This document shows positions 33,366 to 44,977 of a DNA stretch of 64,000 bases, piece by piece (the first letter of the stretch is position 1; each line of letters opens with the position of its first letter). Below the pieces are notes generated by a model. That model made no database searches. It was given only the letters and a program-made list of their open reading frames with translations, and was not told the DNA's origin. Source of the DNA: an uncultured Trueperaceae bacterium (GTDB lineage Bacteria > Deinococcota > Deinococci > Deinococcales > Trueperaceae); contig CAVSGP010000004.1 of the NCBI GenBank assembly GCA_963727505.1, positions 1 to 64,000 on the forward strand, read 5' to 3'. The position numbers were made by a program, and so were the translations under genes.

Positions 33366-34295
33366 TCAGCCCGCGATGCCGCGTAGCACGAACGCGAGGT
33401 TGGCGGGGCGTTCGGCGAGGCGGCGACTGAAGTAACCGTACCAGTCCTCCCCGAACGGCACGTACACCCGGAGCGGGTGCCCTTCGCGGACGAGCCGGTC
33501 CTGCAGATTCGGCTTCACCCCGTACAGGAGCTGGAACTCGTAGCGCGCGCGGTCGAGGCCCGCACCTCGCACGAAGGCCGCGACCTCGCCGAGGATCCTC
33601 TCGTCGTGGGTGCCCACGTTCACCTTGCCGCCGACCTCCAGGGCGCGGTAGGTGAGCTCGCGGTAGGCGCGCTCGACGTCCGCCTTGCCCTGGTAAGCGA
33701 CCTCCCTCGGCTCGTTGTACGCCCCTTTCACGATGCGCAGGTCGGGCGCAGGGGAGAGCGCCAGGAGGCGCTCCAGGTCGTCGGGGGTGCGGTAGAGGTA
33801 GCTCTGCAAGACGGTCGAGACGTCCTGCCGTCCCGCGGCCCAGAGCCGTTCGAACAGCGTCAGGGTGGCGTCGACGTAGCTGCTGCTCTCCATGTCCAGG
33901 CACAGGTGCCCGCCGTGGCGCGCCGCTGCCTCGGCGAGACCGGTCGCCAGCTCGAAAGCGAGATCGGCATCGATGCCGAGCCCGAGCTGGGTGGGCTTGG
34001 CGCTGAAGTAGGGCTCGAGCCCGAAGCCGGCTGCGGCCTCGAGCGCGGCCAGGATCCGGGCGGCTGCCTGCCGGGCGGCCGCCTCGTCGCTCACGAACTC
34101 GCCGAGAACGTCGAGGACGATGCCCTTGCCGGAGCTCTCGATCGCTCGCAGGTGGGGCAGGGCGGACTCCAGCGATTCGCCTGCGACGAAACGCCCCACG
34201 CCCAGCCGCCACCCGGCCCGGGTGATGAAGCCGCGTACCAGCGGAGCGTCCGACACCGCCAGCATGGTGCGGCGGTAGACACCGTCGAGGGTCAC
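33366..34295 (-). CDS. Monofunctional proline dehydrogenase (Thermus/Bacillus type)
   Basis: RFVAGE, KPTQLG, LDME, RIVKGAYNE, THD, YVPFG.DWYGYFSRRLAERP. Confidence 0.94.
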   Translation of the reverse strand: MTLDGVYRRTMLAVSDAPLVRGFITRAGWRLGVGRFVAGESLESALPHLRAIESSGKGIVLDVLGEFVSDEAAARQAAARILAALEAAAGFGLEPYFSAKPTQLGLGIDADLAFELATGLAEAAARHGGHLCLDMESSSYVDATLTLFERLWAAGRQDVSTVLQSYLYRTPDDLERLLALSPAPDLRIVKGAYNEPREVAYQGKADVERAYRELTYRALEVGGKVNVGTHDERILGEVAAFVRGAGLDRARYEFQLLYGVKPNLQDRLVREGHPLRVYVPFGEDWYGYFSRRLAERPANLAFVLRGIAG

Positions 34296-34566
34296 GATCG
34301 GCCTCGCTTCAAGGAGGAAGAAAACGGTCGTCCGTTCACGCGTCACTGTACCGCCGCCCGCCCCGGCATCGATCCTGCTCCAGAGCACCTTGCGTACTCG
34401 CCGGGGAAGGACACACGTTGACAGGGCCGGGCCGTCGCCGTAGGGTACCGCTGTTGTTCCAAGTCGGTTCTTGTGCTCGCCCGTGGGGGCGACAGGTTCG
34501 TTCATGGGGGTGGCTCGATGCCGCCCGCTCTCGGCGGCGCAGAGCCGAGGGGGAATGGGAGGATGC

Positions 34567-35709
34567 ATGTCCAGGAAGTTGATCGTTTCGGTCCTGGTAG
34601 CGCTGACATTGGCGTTCGCGGCGAGCGCCGTGTTCGCCGCCGATCCCATCGTGATCGGCGTGCAGGCGCCGATCACGGGCCAGTACGCCAACGAAGGGCA
34701 GGGCATCGACAAGGGCGTCAAGTTGATCGCCAAGCAGATCAACGACCAGGGCGGCTTGCTGGGCCGTACGATCGAAGTCAAGACCTGCGACGACGGCGGC
34801 CAGGCGTCGCAGGCCGCCATCTGTGCCCGTCAACTCGTCAACGACGGTGTTCTCGCAGTGATCGGCACCTACACCAGCGGCGCCGCGCTGGCGGCCGAGC
34901 CTATCTACGCCCGGGCCAACGTCATCCAGACCTCGGACGGCACCAGCGACCAGCTGACTGCGGGCGGATACAAGACCTTCTTCCGCAACGCCCCGCCCAA
35001 CAGCGCGGAGGCGAAGTTCACGGCCGCGTACCTGGTGAACGGCAAGAAGTTCCAGCGCATCGCCGTGCTGGCCGACCACTCCAGCTTCGCCAAGGGGCTC
35101 TCCGATGCGGTCGTCCAGGCCGTCAAGGACGATGGCGGCAACCTCGTGTACACGGGCTTCATCACTGCCGGATCGCAGGACTACACGGCGGTGCTCACCA
35201 AGATCAAGTCGGTGAACCCGGACGTGCTCTACTTCTCCGGCTACTACCCCGACGGCGGGCTCATCCGCGCCCAGATGAAGCAGCTCGACATGGGCGCTAC
35301 GTTCGTCGGTGGCGACGCCAACCAGAACGTTGCGTTCGCCAAGATCGCCGGGAACGCCGCTCAGGGCGCGATCATCATCAACGTGCCCTCGCCCGACAAC
35401 CTGCCCTATCCCGAAGCCAAGCAGTTCCTGGCCGACTACAAGGCGGCCTACGGGCAGGAGCCGCCCAGCATCTACACCCTCACGAACGCCGACGGCTTCC
35501 GTGCCGTGATCGCCGCGGTGAAGGCCACGCAGAGCACCGACCCAGCGAAGCTCATCGACTGGTTGCACAACCTGAAGGACTTCCAGGGACTGACCGGGAC
35601 GTTCTCGTGGGACAAGACCGGGGAGCGCATCGGCAGCCCGTTCACGGCGTTCGAGATCCAGGCCGACGGTTCGTACAAGATCGTCTATCCGGAGTCGGCC
35701 ACGCAGTAA
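34567..35709 (+). CDS. Branched-chain/hydrophobic amino acid ABC transporter substrate-binding protein (LivJ/K family)
   Basis: Signal peptide; IGVQAPITGQYA, INDQGGLLG, FQGLTG. Confidence 0.9.
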   Translation: MSRKLIVSVLVALTLAFAASAVFAADPIVIGVQAPITGQYANEGQGIDKGVKLIAKQINDQGGLLGRTIEVKTCDDGGQASQAAICARQLVNDGVLAVIGTYTSGAALAAEPIYARANVIQTSDGTSDQLTAGGYKTFFRNAPPNSAEAKFTAAYLVNGKKFQRIAVLADHSSFAKGLSDAVVQAVKDDGGNLVYTGFITAGSQDYTAVLTKIKSVNPDVLYFSGYYPDGGLIRAQMKQLDMGATFVGGDANQNVAFAKIAGNAAQGAIIINVPSPDNLPYPEAKQFLADYKAAYGQEPPSIYTLTNADGFRAVIAAVKATQSTDPAKLIDWLHNLKDFQGLTGTFSWDKTGERIGSPFTAFEIQADGSYKIVYPESATQ

Positions 35710-35747
35710 TGGCCGGCCTGCGTCCGCGGCGCGGGCGCTAGGGCTCC

Positions 35748-36650
35748 ATGGACGTCGTCCTGCAGCAATTCATCAACGGTGTGACCGTGGGCGGTTTCTA
35801 CGCACTGATCGCCCTCGGTTACACCATGGTCTATGGGGTGTTGAAGCTCATCAACTTCGCGCACGGCGACCTGAGCATCCTGGCGGCCTTCATCGGGTTG
35901 ACGGTCCTGACCAGCGGCATCGGCGGCGCCAACGCCGGCGCCCTCTTGCTGGCCGCGGCCTTCATCGTGGCCGCGGTCGCCGTCGGCATCGCGGGCGCCG
36001 TGCTGGAGTTCACGGCGTACCGCCCCCTGCGCAAGGCACCCAGATTGTCCGCGGTGGTGTCGGCGCTGGGCGCGTCGATGCTGATCGAGAACGGCATCAT
36101 GTTGATCTGGGGCCCGGAGGTCAAGGTGTTCCCGGCGAACCTCCTGCCGGATCTCAAGTGGAAGATCGGGAGCGCGTCGATCAGCTTCGTGCAGGTGGTG
36201 ATCATCCTGGGCTCGCTGCTGCTCATGGCCGGCCTGTACTTCTACGTGCATCACACCCGCTTCGGCACCGCCATCCGGGCCGCCGCGATCGATCAGGACG
36301 CCGCCAGGCTCATGGGCATCAATGTCAACCGGGTGATCGCCAGCGTGTTCGTGGTCGGCCCGGCACTGGGCGCGGTGGGCGGCCTGTTCATCGGCCTGTA
36401 CTACCGTGAGGCCTACTTCAACATGGGCTGGATCTACGGCCTGAACGCCTTCATCGCCGCGATCATCGGGGGCATCGGGAACATCCCGGGCGCCATGCTC
36501 GGCGGCCTGCTACTGGGGCTGTTCAACGCCTTCGCGGCGGGCTACGTCTCCAGCTCCTGGCAGGAGGCCATCACCTTCGCGCTGCTCATCGCCATCCTGC
36601 TGGTGCGGCCTACCGGCATCCTGGGCGAGCGCGTGGCGGAGAAGGTATGA
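35748..36650 (+). CDS. livH: Branched-chain amino acid ABC permease
   Basis: YALIALGYTMVYGVLKLINFAHG, GGIGNIPGAMLGG, RPTGILG. Confidence 0.92.
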   Translation: MDVVLQQFINGVTVGGFYALIALGYTMVYGVLKLINFAHGDLSILAAFIGLTVLTSGIGGANAGALLLAAAFIVAAVAVGIAGAVLEFTAYRPLRKAPRLSAVVSALGASMLIENGIMLIWGPEVKVFPANLLPDLKWKIGSASISFVQVVIILGSLLLMAGLYFYVHHTRFGTAIRAAAIDQDAARLMGINVNRVIASVFVVGPALGAVGGLFIGLYYREAYFNMGWIYGLNAFIAAIIGGIGNIPGAMLGGLLLGLFNAFAAGYVSSSWQEAITFALLIAILLVRPTGILGERVAEKV

Positions 36651-36688
36651 GCGCGCCCGTGTCCGCCGGCCCGGGGAACTCCTAGCTC

Positions 36689-37629
36689 ATGGTCGCTCCT
36701 CGATCGACAGCGCTCGGCCGGGCGCGACGCGCGCTCGGACCGCTTCTCTGGCTGCTCGGCCTGCTGGTGCCTGTCCTGCTGAACGGTAGCTGGATCAGCA
36801 TCCTGGCGATCTTCGCGATCTACGCCGTGGTCGCGTTGTCGCAGGACATCGTGCTGGGGCGCGCCGGCATGTACGACATGGGACACGCGGTGTACTTCGG
36901 GGTGGGCGCGTACGTCACCGCCATCCTCAACACTCGGCTCGGCTGGCCGATCTTCGCCACCTGGCCGGTCGCCATCGTGGTGGCGGCGTTGGTCGGGGTC
37001 GTGCTTTCGGCCCCAATCGTGAGGCTCCGCGGCGACTATTTGCTGGTCGCCACCATCGGCTTCAACATCATCTTCGTGCTGGCCCTCGGGAACAACGTTG
37101 GTGACGTCACCGGCGGCCCCGACGGCATCTTCGGGGTCGGCGTGCCCCATCTCTTCGGAACGGCGCTTTCCAGCCAGGGTGCACTGTTCTACCTGGACTG
37201 GCTGGCGCTGGCGGCCGTGCTGCTGCTCATGCGCAACCTCGAGCGCTCGCGGATCGGGCGCGTGTTCCGCTATCTCAAGGAGGACGAGCTCGCCGCCACC
37301 ACATTGGGGGTCAACGCCCGCTATTACAAGATCCTGGCGTTCGCGATCGGCGCAGGCGTGGCCGGAGCCGCGGGAACGCTGTTCGCCGTCCAGCTCGCCA
37401 GCGTGAGCCCGGGATCGTTCGTGTTCACCGAATCGGTGACGCTCTTCGCCATCGTGCTCGTCGGTGGCCAGGCGTCCATCCCCGGCGTGCTGCTGGGGAC
37501 GGTGCTGATGTTCGTGGTGCCGCAGGTGTTCCGCGGGCTGGCGCAGTACCGCTACCTCGTCTTCGGCTTCGCGATGATCGTGGTGATGGTGTTGCGGCCC
37601 CAGGGGATCTGGCCCCGCGGGAGGGCACG

Positions 37630-37633
<4 letters not shown>
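36689..37633 (+). CDS. livM: Branched-chain amino acid ABC permease
   Basis: RLRGDYL..ATIGF, TGGPDGI, LRPQGI. Confidence 0.9.
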
Positions 37634-39134
<1,501 letters not shown>

Positions 39135-39350
39135 ACGGCCGCCGACGGGGACTGCTTCGGGGCCGCCGCAACCCTCCTTGCAGCCCTCCCCGAGGCGAGT
39201 AAAACTTCGAACAGTGACTCCAGGGCGCACTTGCTACCCTTCCATTGACGGTCCCAGGAAGCGTTGGGGGCGGGGCCAAGAGGTCCTGATGACGATAACG
39301 TTCAACCCTACTCAGACGGTTTTGGGCGCGCTCCCTCGAGAGGCGCGCGG

Positions 39351-39926
39351 GTGAAACTCTTCTTCGTCCGACACGGTGAGCCGGATTGGAACCTGGTAGA
39401 GATGCGCGGCGCCCGAGGCTGGGCCAAGGACTTCGCTCCGCTCACGCCACTGGGCCGGTTGCAGATCGACACCATCACCGGAGACTTCCGCTTGCAGGAG
39501 GCCGACGCCATCCTGTGCAGCACCTTCACGCGGGCGCTGGAGTCGGGAGCGCTGCTCAGTCGCGCCCTGAACAAGCCGCTGTTCGTCGAGTACGACCTGC
39601 ATGAGTGGCTCCCCCAGAAGGACCCTCTCGCCGACGTGGACGAGCATCTCCTCGAACGCGCCCAGCAGACGCTCTCCGGCACGCGGCCCGAGGATCCCTC
39701 CGCGCCCTGGGAGAGCCTCCATGAGGTCCGCGACCGCGTGCTCACGGTGCTGAAGCGCTACCGTCGGTTCGAGAGCGTCGTGGTCGTCACGCACGGCGTC
39801 GTCATCGGCAGCCTGGTGGGGATGCGGCGGCTGGTGGACCACGCCGAGATCGTGCCCTTCGAGATCGATCTCGAGCACCCCGGACCCGCCCCGACGGTTG
39901 CCGACCACACCGTTCCCACCCACTGA
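39351..39926 (+). CDS. Histidine phosphatase (phosphoglycerate mutase) family protein
   Basis: FVRHGE, RALES, LHEW, VTHG. Confidence 0.88.
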   Translation: MKLFFVRHGEPDWNLVEMRGARGWAKDFAPLTPLGRLQIDTITGDFRLQEADAILCSTFTRALESGALLSRALNKPLFVEYDLHEWLPQKDPLADVDEHLLERAQQTLSGTRPEDPSAPWESLHEVRDRVLTVLKRYRRFESVVVVTHGVVIGSLVGMRRLVDHAEIVPFEIDLEHPGPAPTVADHTVPTH

Positions 39927-39982
39927 GCCAGGGCCGTCCGGGACCCGCCCCAAGCTGCGGTTGCGCGCGCTATCCTGGCGCG

Positions 39983-40594
39983 GTGACGCGCACACCGTTC
40001 ACCATCCTGGAGGGGCCCCTGGTGCGGCTGCGGCCGCTTGAAGAGCGCGACGTGGAGCCGCTCACCGCGATCGCCCTGGCGCACCCTCACGAATACCGGC
40101 TGACCTCGACGCCGGCAACGCCCGAGCAGGCCGAGGCGTACTTCGCGCGCGCCTTCCGTGAGATGGCGGAGGGAACGTCGCTGGTGGCGGCAGTCGAGGA
40201 GCAGCCCTCGGGCCGGCTGCTGGGCAGCACACGGCTGACCGAGATCGACCCGCGCCACCGGCGCTGCGAGCTGGGCTACACCTGGTACCGGCCCGACGTT
40301 TTCAACAGCGGCGTGAACGTCGACTGCAAGCGCCTCATGCTGGGACATGCCTTCGATACGCTCGACCTGATCCGCGTCCAGATCCACACCGACATCCGTA
40401 ACGTGCGCTCTCAACGGGCCATTCGTGCCCTCGGTGCGCGCTACGAAGGCGTGTTGCGACGCCATATGATCGCCAAGGACGGAGAGATCCGCGACACCAT
40501 GGTCTTCGCGGTCACCGACGAGGACTGGCCTCACGTCCGGACGCGGCTCGACGATCGCCTGGCCCGGCGCCTGCAGGGCCCCGCGCGCGCCTGA
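39983..40594 (+). CDS. GNAT family N-acetyltransferase (RimJ/RimL-like)
   Basis: ELGYTWY, N.RSQRAI..LGA.YEGVLR. Confidence 0.9.
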   Translation: MTRTPFTILEGPLVRLRPLEERDVEPLTAIALAHPHEYRLTSTPATPEQAEAYFARAFREMAEGTSLVAAVEEQPSGRLLGSTRLTEIDPRHRRCELGYTWYRPDVFNSGVNVDCKRLMLGHAFDTLDLIRVQIHTDIRNVRSQRAIRALGARYEGVLRRHMIAKDGEIRDTMVFAVTDEDWPHVRTRLDDRLARRLQGPARA

Positions 40595-40606
40595 ACATGG
40601 GCGAAG

Positions 40607-41317
40607 TCAGCGCACGCCGTGCAGGATCTCGGCCAGCGCTTCCGCGTCGGTGATGAACACCTCTTTGGGTCGCGTCTCGATGACACCTTCCGCCTCGAGC
40701 GCCTTGAGGGCGCGCGTGACGGTCTCGCGGCTGGTGCCGGCCAGACTCGCAAGCTCCTGATGGGTGAGGCGCACCAACGCGCGCTGCTCGTCGATCTCCA
40801 CCACCCCTCCCCGGTAGAGCCTGAGCAACACGTACGCCACGCGCCCCTGTGCGTCCTTGTACGAGAGGATCTGCGACTCGTCGTCCATGCCACGAAGCCG
40901 GCTCGCCAGGGTGGTCGTGAGGTTGAGGCTGATGGCAGGGTAGTCGGCCAGCAACTTCCGGAAATCGTCGTTGAACAGGAGGTAGGAGGTGACCTCGTTG
41001 AGCGTCAGGGCGGTTGCGCTGCGCGTCGACTCTCCCAGCAGCGCCATCTCTCCGAAGAACTCGGGGGGCTGCAGGATCGCCAGCGTCTTCTCGTGACCGC
41101 CGAGGTCGATCTTCGAGAGTTTCACCTGCCCGGCACGCAGGATGTAGAGGGCTTCGCCCTTGTCGCCTTCCTGGAAGACCGTGATGCCCGCTTCGTAAAC
41201 GCGGCGCCGCACCGCAGTCGCCGCGATCGCGAGGGCGCGGTCGGGTGCGCCGCGGAACAGCGGTACGTCGCGTAGGAAGGCCATCAAGACCTCCGAACCG
41301 TTCTCGTCTACAGCCAT
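40607..41317 (-). CDS. Crp/Fnr family transcriptional regulator
   Basis: cNMP domain FGEMALL...RSATA; HTH LTHQELASLAGTSRETVTR. Confidence 0.93.
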   Translation of the reverse strand: MAVDENGSEVLMAFLRDVPLFRGAPDRALAIAATAVRRRVYEAGITVFQEGDKGEALYILRAGQVKLSKIDLGGHEKTLAILQPPEFFGEMALLGESTRSATALTLNEVTSYLLFNDDFRKLLADYPAISLNLTTTLASRLRGMDDESQILSYKDAQGRVAYVLLRLYRGGVVEIDEQRALVRLTHQELASLAGTSRETVTRALKALEAEGVIETRPKEVFITDAEALAEILHGVR

Positions 41318-41444
41318 CGATCCCTCCGGTGCCGCCGACCCATCACGCGTGCGCGGACGGGTCGCAGTTTCCGTGCCGGCGTGCGCGCCGGTTTCCAGGC
41401 GCGGGCGCCCTCGTGACCTACAAACCGTACCGTATAGTACCCCC

Positions 41445-42125
41445 GTGTCCGCCGTGCTGGAATGCCGCGCGCTGACCCGACGGTACCCAGGCCCCAACGG
41501 CGGTGTCGAGGTGCTGAGTGGGGCGAGCCTGCGTGTCGACCCCGGCGAGGTGGTCGCCGTGCTCGGTCCCAGCGGATCGGGCAAGAGCACCCTCATCCAC
41601 CTGCTGGCCGGCCTCGACCAGTCCGACGCCGGCGAGGTGTGGTGGGGCGATCTGGCGGTCCACGAGCGCAGGCCGCAAGCGCTGGCGACGCAGCGCGCGC
41701 GGACGCTGGGGCTGGTCTTCCAGAACCACTATCTGTTGAAGGACCTGAGTCTGCTCGAGAACGTCATGCTCCCCGGCCGCATCCTGGGAGAGGTGGACGA
41801 GGCCCGTGCTCGTGCGCTGCTGGCGCGCGTCGGGCTCGAGGCGAGGCAGGGAGCCGTGCCGGGACGGGTCTCGGGCGGCGAGCGCCAGCGCGCGGCTGTG
41901 GCCCGTGCCCTGGCGCTGAGACCGCGGCTGTTGCTCGCCGACGAGCCCACCGGAAGCCTCGACCGCAAGAACGCACGTGCCGTGTTCGAGCTGCTGCTGG
42001 AGTTGGCACGCGAGCGCGACGCCGCGGTCGTGATGGTGACCCACGACGAGGAGCTGGTGCGCTCGGTCGAGCGCCGCTACCGTCTGGCGGGCGGTCGACT
42101 CGAGCCGGTCTCTGCAACCGGTTGA
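41445..42125 (+). CDS. LolD-like ABC ATP-binding protein
   Basis: GPSGSGKST, SGGERQR, ADEPTGSLD, VTHD; no adjacent permease. Confidence 0.88.
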   Translation: MSAVLECRALTRRYPGPNGGVEVLSGASLRVDPGEVVAVLGPSGSGKSTLIHLLAGLDQSDAGEVWWGDLAVHERRPQALATQRARTLGLVFQNHYLLKDLSLLENVMLPGRILGEVDEARARALLARVGLEARQGAVPGRVSGGERQRAAVARALALRPRLLLADEPTGSLDRKNARAVFELLLELARERDAAVVMVTHDEELVRSVERRYRLAGGRLEPVSATG

Positions 42126-42267
42126 GATCCTTCTGCGACGGCGCCTCGGCCCGAAATGCCAAGCGAAATGCTAAGATCGCGCCAACGCAGGCAAGAACGC
42201 GTCGTCCTAAAAGTTGATCCGAGGGGACGGGCGGCCTGTAACAACACGACCTACTTAGGAGGTGGGT

Positions 42268-43845
42268 ATGAAGAGATTGGCCATGTTGGTGGCTGTGGCT
42301 CTGCTGACCCTAGCCGGGTTCGCGGGCGCCCAGACCCTTGTGTACGGCGAGAGCGGCCTTCCGGTATCGCTCGATCTTCCCCAGGACGGCAACTCCCTGT
42401 CGGTGCAATACCAGATCGCCCAGCCGCTGGTCGGGTTCAAGCCGTCGAGCTCCGAGGTCATGCCGCTGCTGGCCACGAGCTGGGAGGCGAACGCCGACGC
42501 CACGCAGTGGACGTTCCACCTGCGCCAGGGCGTGCAGTTCACCGACGGCACACCGTTCAACGCCGAAGCGGTGAAGTTCAACTTCGACCGCTGGAACCAC
42601 CGCGACAACCCGTACGCCTTCGCGGACCAGAAGAACTTCGCGGCCTGGACGTACATCTTCGCGGCGTTCTACGGCGAGCAGGGCTACCTGCTGGAGAAGG
42701 TCGAGGTCCTCGACGACTCCACCGTGCGCTTCGACCTGACCTCGCCGGTCGGCTTCTTCCCGGCCCTGGTCGCGTCGAGCTACTTCGGCATCCATAGCCC
42801 CGCGGCCATCAAGAAGGCGGGCGTGGATTACGGCACGCCCGGTGTGGGCGCGGTCGGCACGGGCCCCTTCAAGTTCCAGGAGTGGGTGCAGGGCGACCAC
42901 GTGACGCTGGTGCGCAACGACGCCTACTGGGGTGACAACGCCAAGGTCGAACGCATCGTGTTCCGCGGCATCGAATCGGCAGCCACGCGTCTCGCCGAAC
43001 TGGAGGCGGGCACGCTGGACATCGCGGTCAACCTGTCACCCGACGATCTCAAGGCGGTGGAGGGCAACTCCGACCTCAAGCGGGCAACGGCTTCGGCCAA
43101 CCTGAGCGTGGGCTACGTCGGCATCCATCAGGCCAACAAGCCCTTCGACGACGTGCGCGTACGTCAGGCGGTCGCGCTGGCGATCGACCAGAAGACCATC
43201 GTCGACGCGTTCTGGAGCGGCCTGGGAACGCCGGCCGCCGAGTTCATCCCGCCGGGCCTGATCGGCCGCGCCAACTTCGAGCCGTACGCCTACGACCCGG
43301 CCAAGGCCAAGGAACTCCTCAAGGAGGCCGGCTACCCGAACGGCTTCAAGACGGAGTTCTGGTACATGCCGGTGTCGCGGCCGTACTTCCCCTCGCCCAA
43401 GGACATCGCCGAGGCGGTGGCCGGCTACCTGTCGCAGGTAGGCATCCAGGCGGAACTCCATACCGAGGACTGGGGCATCTACCTCAAGGACTACGACGAG
43501 GGCAAGTTCCCCATGTACATGCTGGGCTGGAGCGCCGATTACGCTGACCCCAACAACTTCATCTTCACGTTCTTCAGCCCCACCGAGATCAAGAACGGTT
43601 TCGGCTGGACCGGAACGAGCGCGGACGAAGTGGTCAAGCTCCTCAGCGACGCGCGTCAGGCAGCCAGTGAGACCGAGCGCGTGACCTACTACAAGCAGGC
43701 CGACAAGATCATCTACGATCAGGTCCCGGCCATGCCGATGGTCTACCCGACCACGCTGAACGCCACCCGCGCCAATATCGACGGGTTCCTTCCGAACCCG
43801 CTCGGCACGACGAGCATCCAGCTCAACGAGGTCACCAAGAACTAA
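42268..43845 (+). CDS. Peptide/nickel ABC transporter substrate-binding protein (DppA-like)
   Basis: Signal peptide; LRQGVQF.DGTPFNAE.VKF, GTGPF, YMPVSRPYFP. Confidence 0.92.
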   Translation: MKRLAMLVAVALLTLAGFAGAQTLVYGESGLPVSLDLPQDGNSLSVQYQIAQPLVGFKPSSSEVMPLLATSWEANADATQWTFHLRQGVQFTDGTPFNAEAVKFNFDRWNHRDNPYAFADQKNFAAWTYIFAAFYGEQGYLLEKVEVLDDSTVRFDLTSPVGFFPALVASSYFGIHSPAAIKKAGVDYGTPGVGAVGTGPFKFQEWVQGDHVTLVRNDAYWGDNAKVERIVFRGIESAATRLAELEAGTLDIAVNLSPDDLKAVEGNSDLKRATASANLSVGYVGIHQANKPFDDVRVRQAVALAIDQKTIVDAFWSGLGTPAAEFIPPGLIGRANFEPYAYDPAKAKELLKEAGYPNGFKTEFWYMPVSRPYFPSPKDIAEAVAGYLSQVGIQAELHTEDWGIYLKDYDEGKFPMYMLGWSADYADPNNFIFTFFSPTEIKNGFGWTGTSADEVVKLLSDARQAASETERVTYYKQADKIIYDQVPAMPMVYPTTLNATRANIDGFLPNPLGTTSIQLNEVTKN

Positions 43846-43851
43846 GGTCCC

Positions 43852-43883
43852 CGTGGTCGGGCCGCTTCCGCGGCCCGACCACG
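43852..43883 (+). promoter_or_regulatory. Intra-operon stem-loop after the binding-protein gene
   Basis: Perfect 14-bp stem CGTGGTCGGGCCGC-ttcc-GCGGCCCGACCACG without a U tract. Confidence 0.6.
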
Positions 43884-43911
43884 CCCTCTCTGACGACAGG
43901 TATCGAATCGC

Positions 43912-44964
43912 GTGTTCTCCTATTTTCTCCGCAGGTTCCTTGGACTCCTCCCCGTCTTGTTCGGGGTGAGCCTCCTGGTGTTCACCATCCCCCGCGTCAT
44001 CGGAAGCGACCCGGCCCGCATCATGCTGGGCGAACGGGCGTCCCCCGAGTCGTACCAGCGCCTGCGCCTCGAGTTGGGGCTCGACGTCCCCTACTTCATC
44101 AATTTCAAGGAGGCCCGCACCAAGGGGATCGCGGGGCTCCTCGATGCGCAGTACCCCAACTTCGTCGGCCGCGCCCTTCAGGGGAACCTGGGCAAGTCGA
44201 TCTTCAGCCGGATCCCGGTCGTCAGCAGCCTCGAGCACTTCTTCCCGGCTACCTTCGAGCTCACCATCGTGGCCATGTTCTTCGCCGTGGTGCTAGGGGT
44301 GCCGTTGGGTATCGTCGCGGCGCTCAATCGCGGGACCGTCCTGGACACCGCGGTCATGTTCGTGGCGCTGGCCGGCGTGTCGTTCCCGGTGTTCTGGCTG
44401 GGGATCATCATGATCTACGTGTTCGCGGTGGGGCTCGGGTGGCTCCCGCCCTCCGGCCGGCTGTCACCGACCATGGTGTTCCACTCCACCAGCGGCTTCT
44501 ACGTGCTCGACTCGATCGTCCAGGGGCGGTGGGACGTTTTTTGGAACGCCATCAAGCACCTGGTCCTCCCCGGCATCGCGCTGGGGACGATCCCGCTGGC
44601 GATCATCGTGCGCATGACGCGCAGCAGCATGCTGGAGGTGCTGGGCCAGGACTACATCCGAACCGCCCGCGCCAAGGGCGTCGAACGGCGCGTCGTGGTC
44701 AACAAGCACGCGCTCCGCAACGCCATGCTCCCGGTCATCACGGTCATCGGGTTGAGTTTCGGTCAGCTCCTGTCCGGCGCCATCCTCACCGAGACCGTCT
44801 TCGCCTGGCCGGGCATCGGGCGCTTCGTCTACGACGCCATCTCGTCGCGCGACTACCCGATCATCCAGGGGGGCATCCTGTTCATCGCCACGATGTTCGT
44901 CATCGTCAACATGTTCGTCGATTTCTCCTACGCCTTCATCGACCCGAGGATCCAGTACACATGA
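43912..44964 (+). CDS. Peptide ABC permease (DppB-like)
   Basis: RSSMLEVL.QDYIRTARAKG, HALRNA, DPRI. Confidence 0.92.
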   Translation: MFSYFLRRFLGLLPVLFGVSLLVFTIPRVIGSDPARIMLGERASPESYQRLRLELGLDVPYFINFKEARTKGIAGLLDAQYPNFVGRALQGNLGKSIFSRIPVVSSLEHFFPATFELTIVAMFFAVVLGVPLGIVAALNRGTVLDTAVMFVALAGVSFPVFWLGIIMIYVFAVGLGWLPPSGRLSPTMVFHSTSGFYVLDSIVQGRWDVFWNAIKHLVLPGIALGTIPLAIIVRMTRSSMLEVLGQDYIRTARAKGVERRVVVNKHALRNAMLPVITVIGLSFGQLLSGAILTETVFAWPGIGRFVYDAISSRDYPIIQGGILFIATMFVIVNMFVDFSYAFIDPRIQYT

Positions 44965-44977
44965 GCGGGGGCGCAGC

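Noticed and set aside
31786..34212. 808-aa ORF suggesting a fused PutA
   Set aside because: The N-terminal part is an off-frame read of the proline dehydrogenase gene; the real P5C dehydrogenase starts at 33333 with its own AAGGAG SD
39286..39310. CTGATGA motif resembling a hammerhead ribozyme core or a fluoride riboswitch 3' end
   Set aside because: No GAAA/stem II-III arrangement and no GGCRATGR 5' motif
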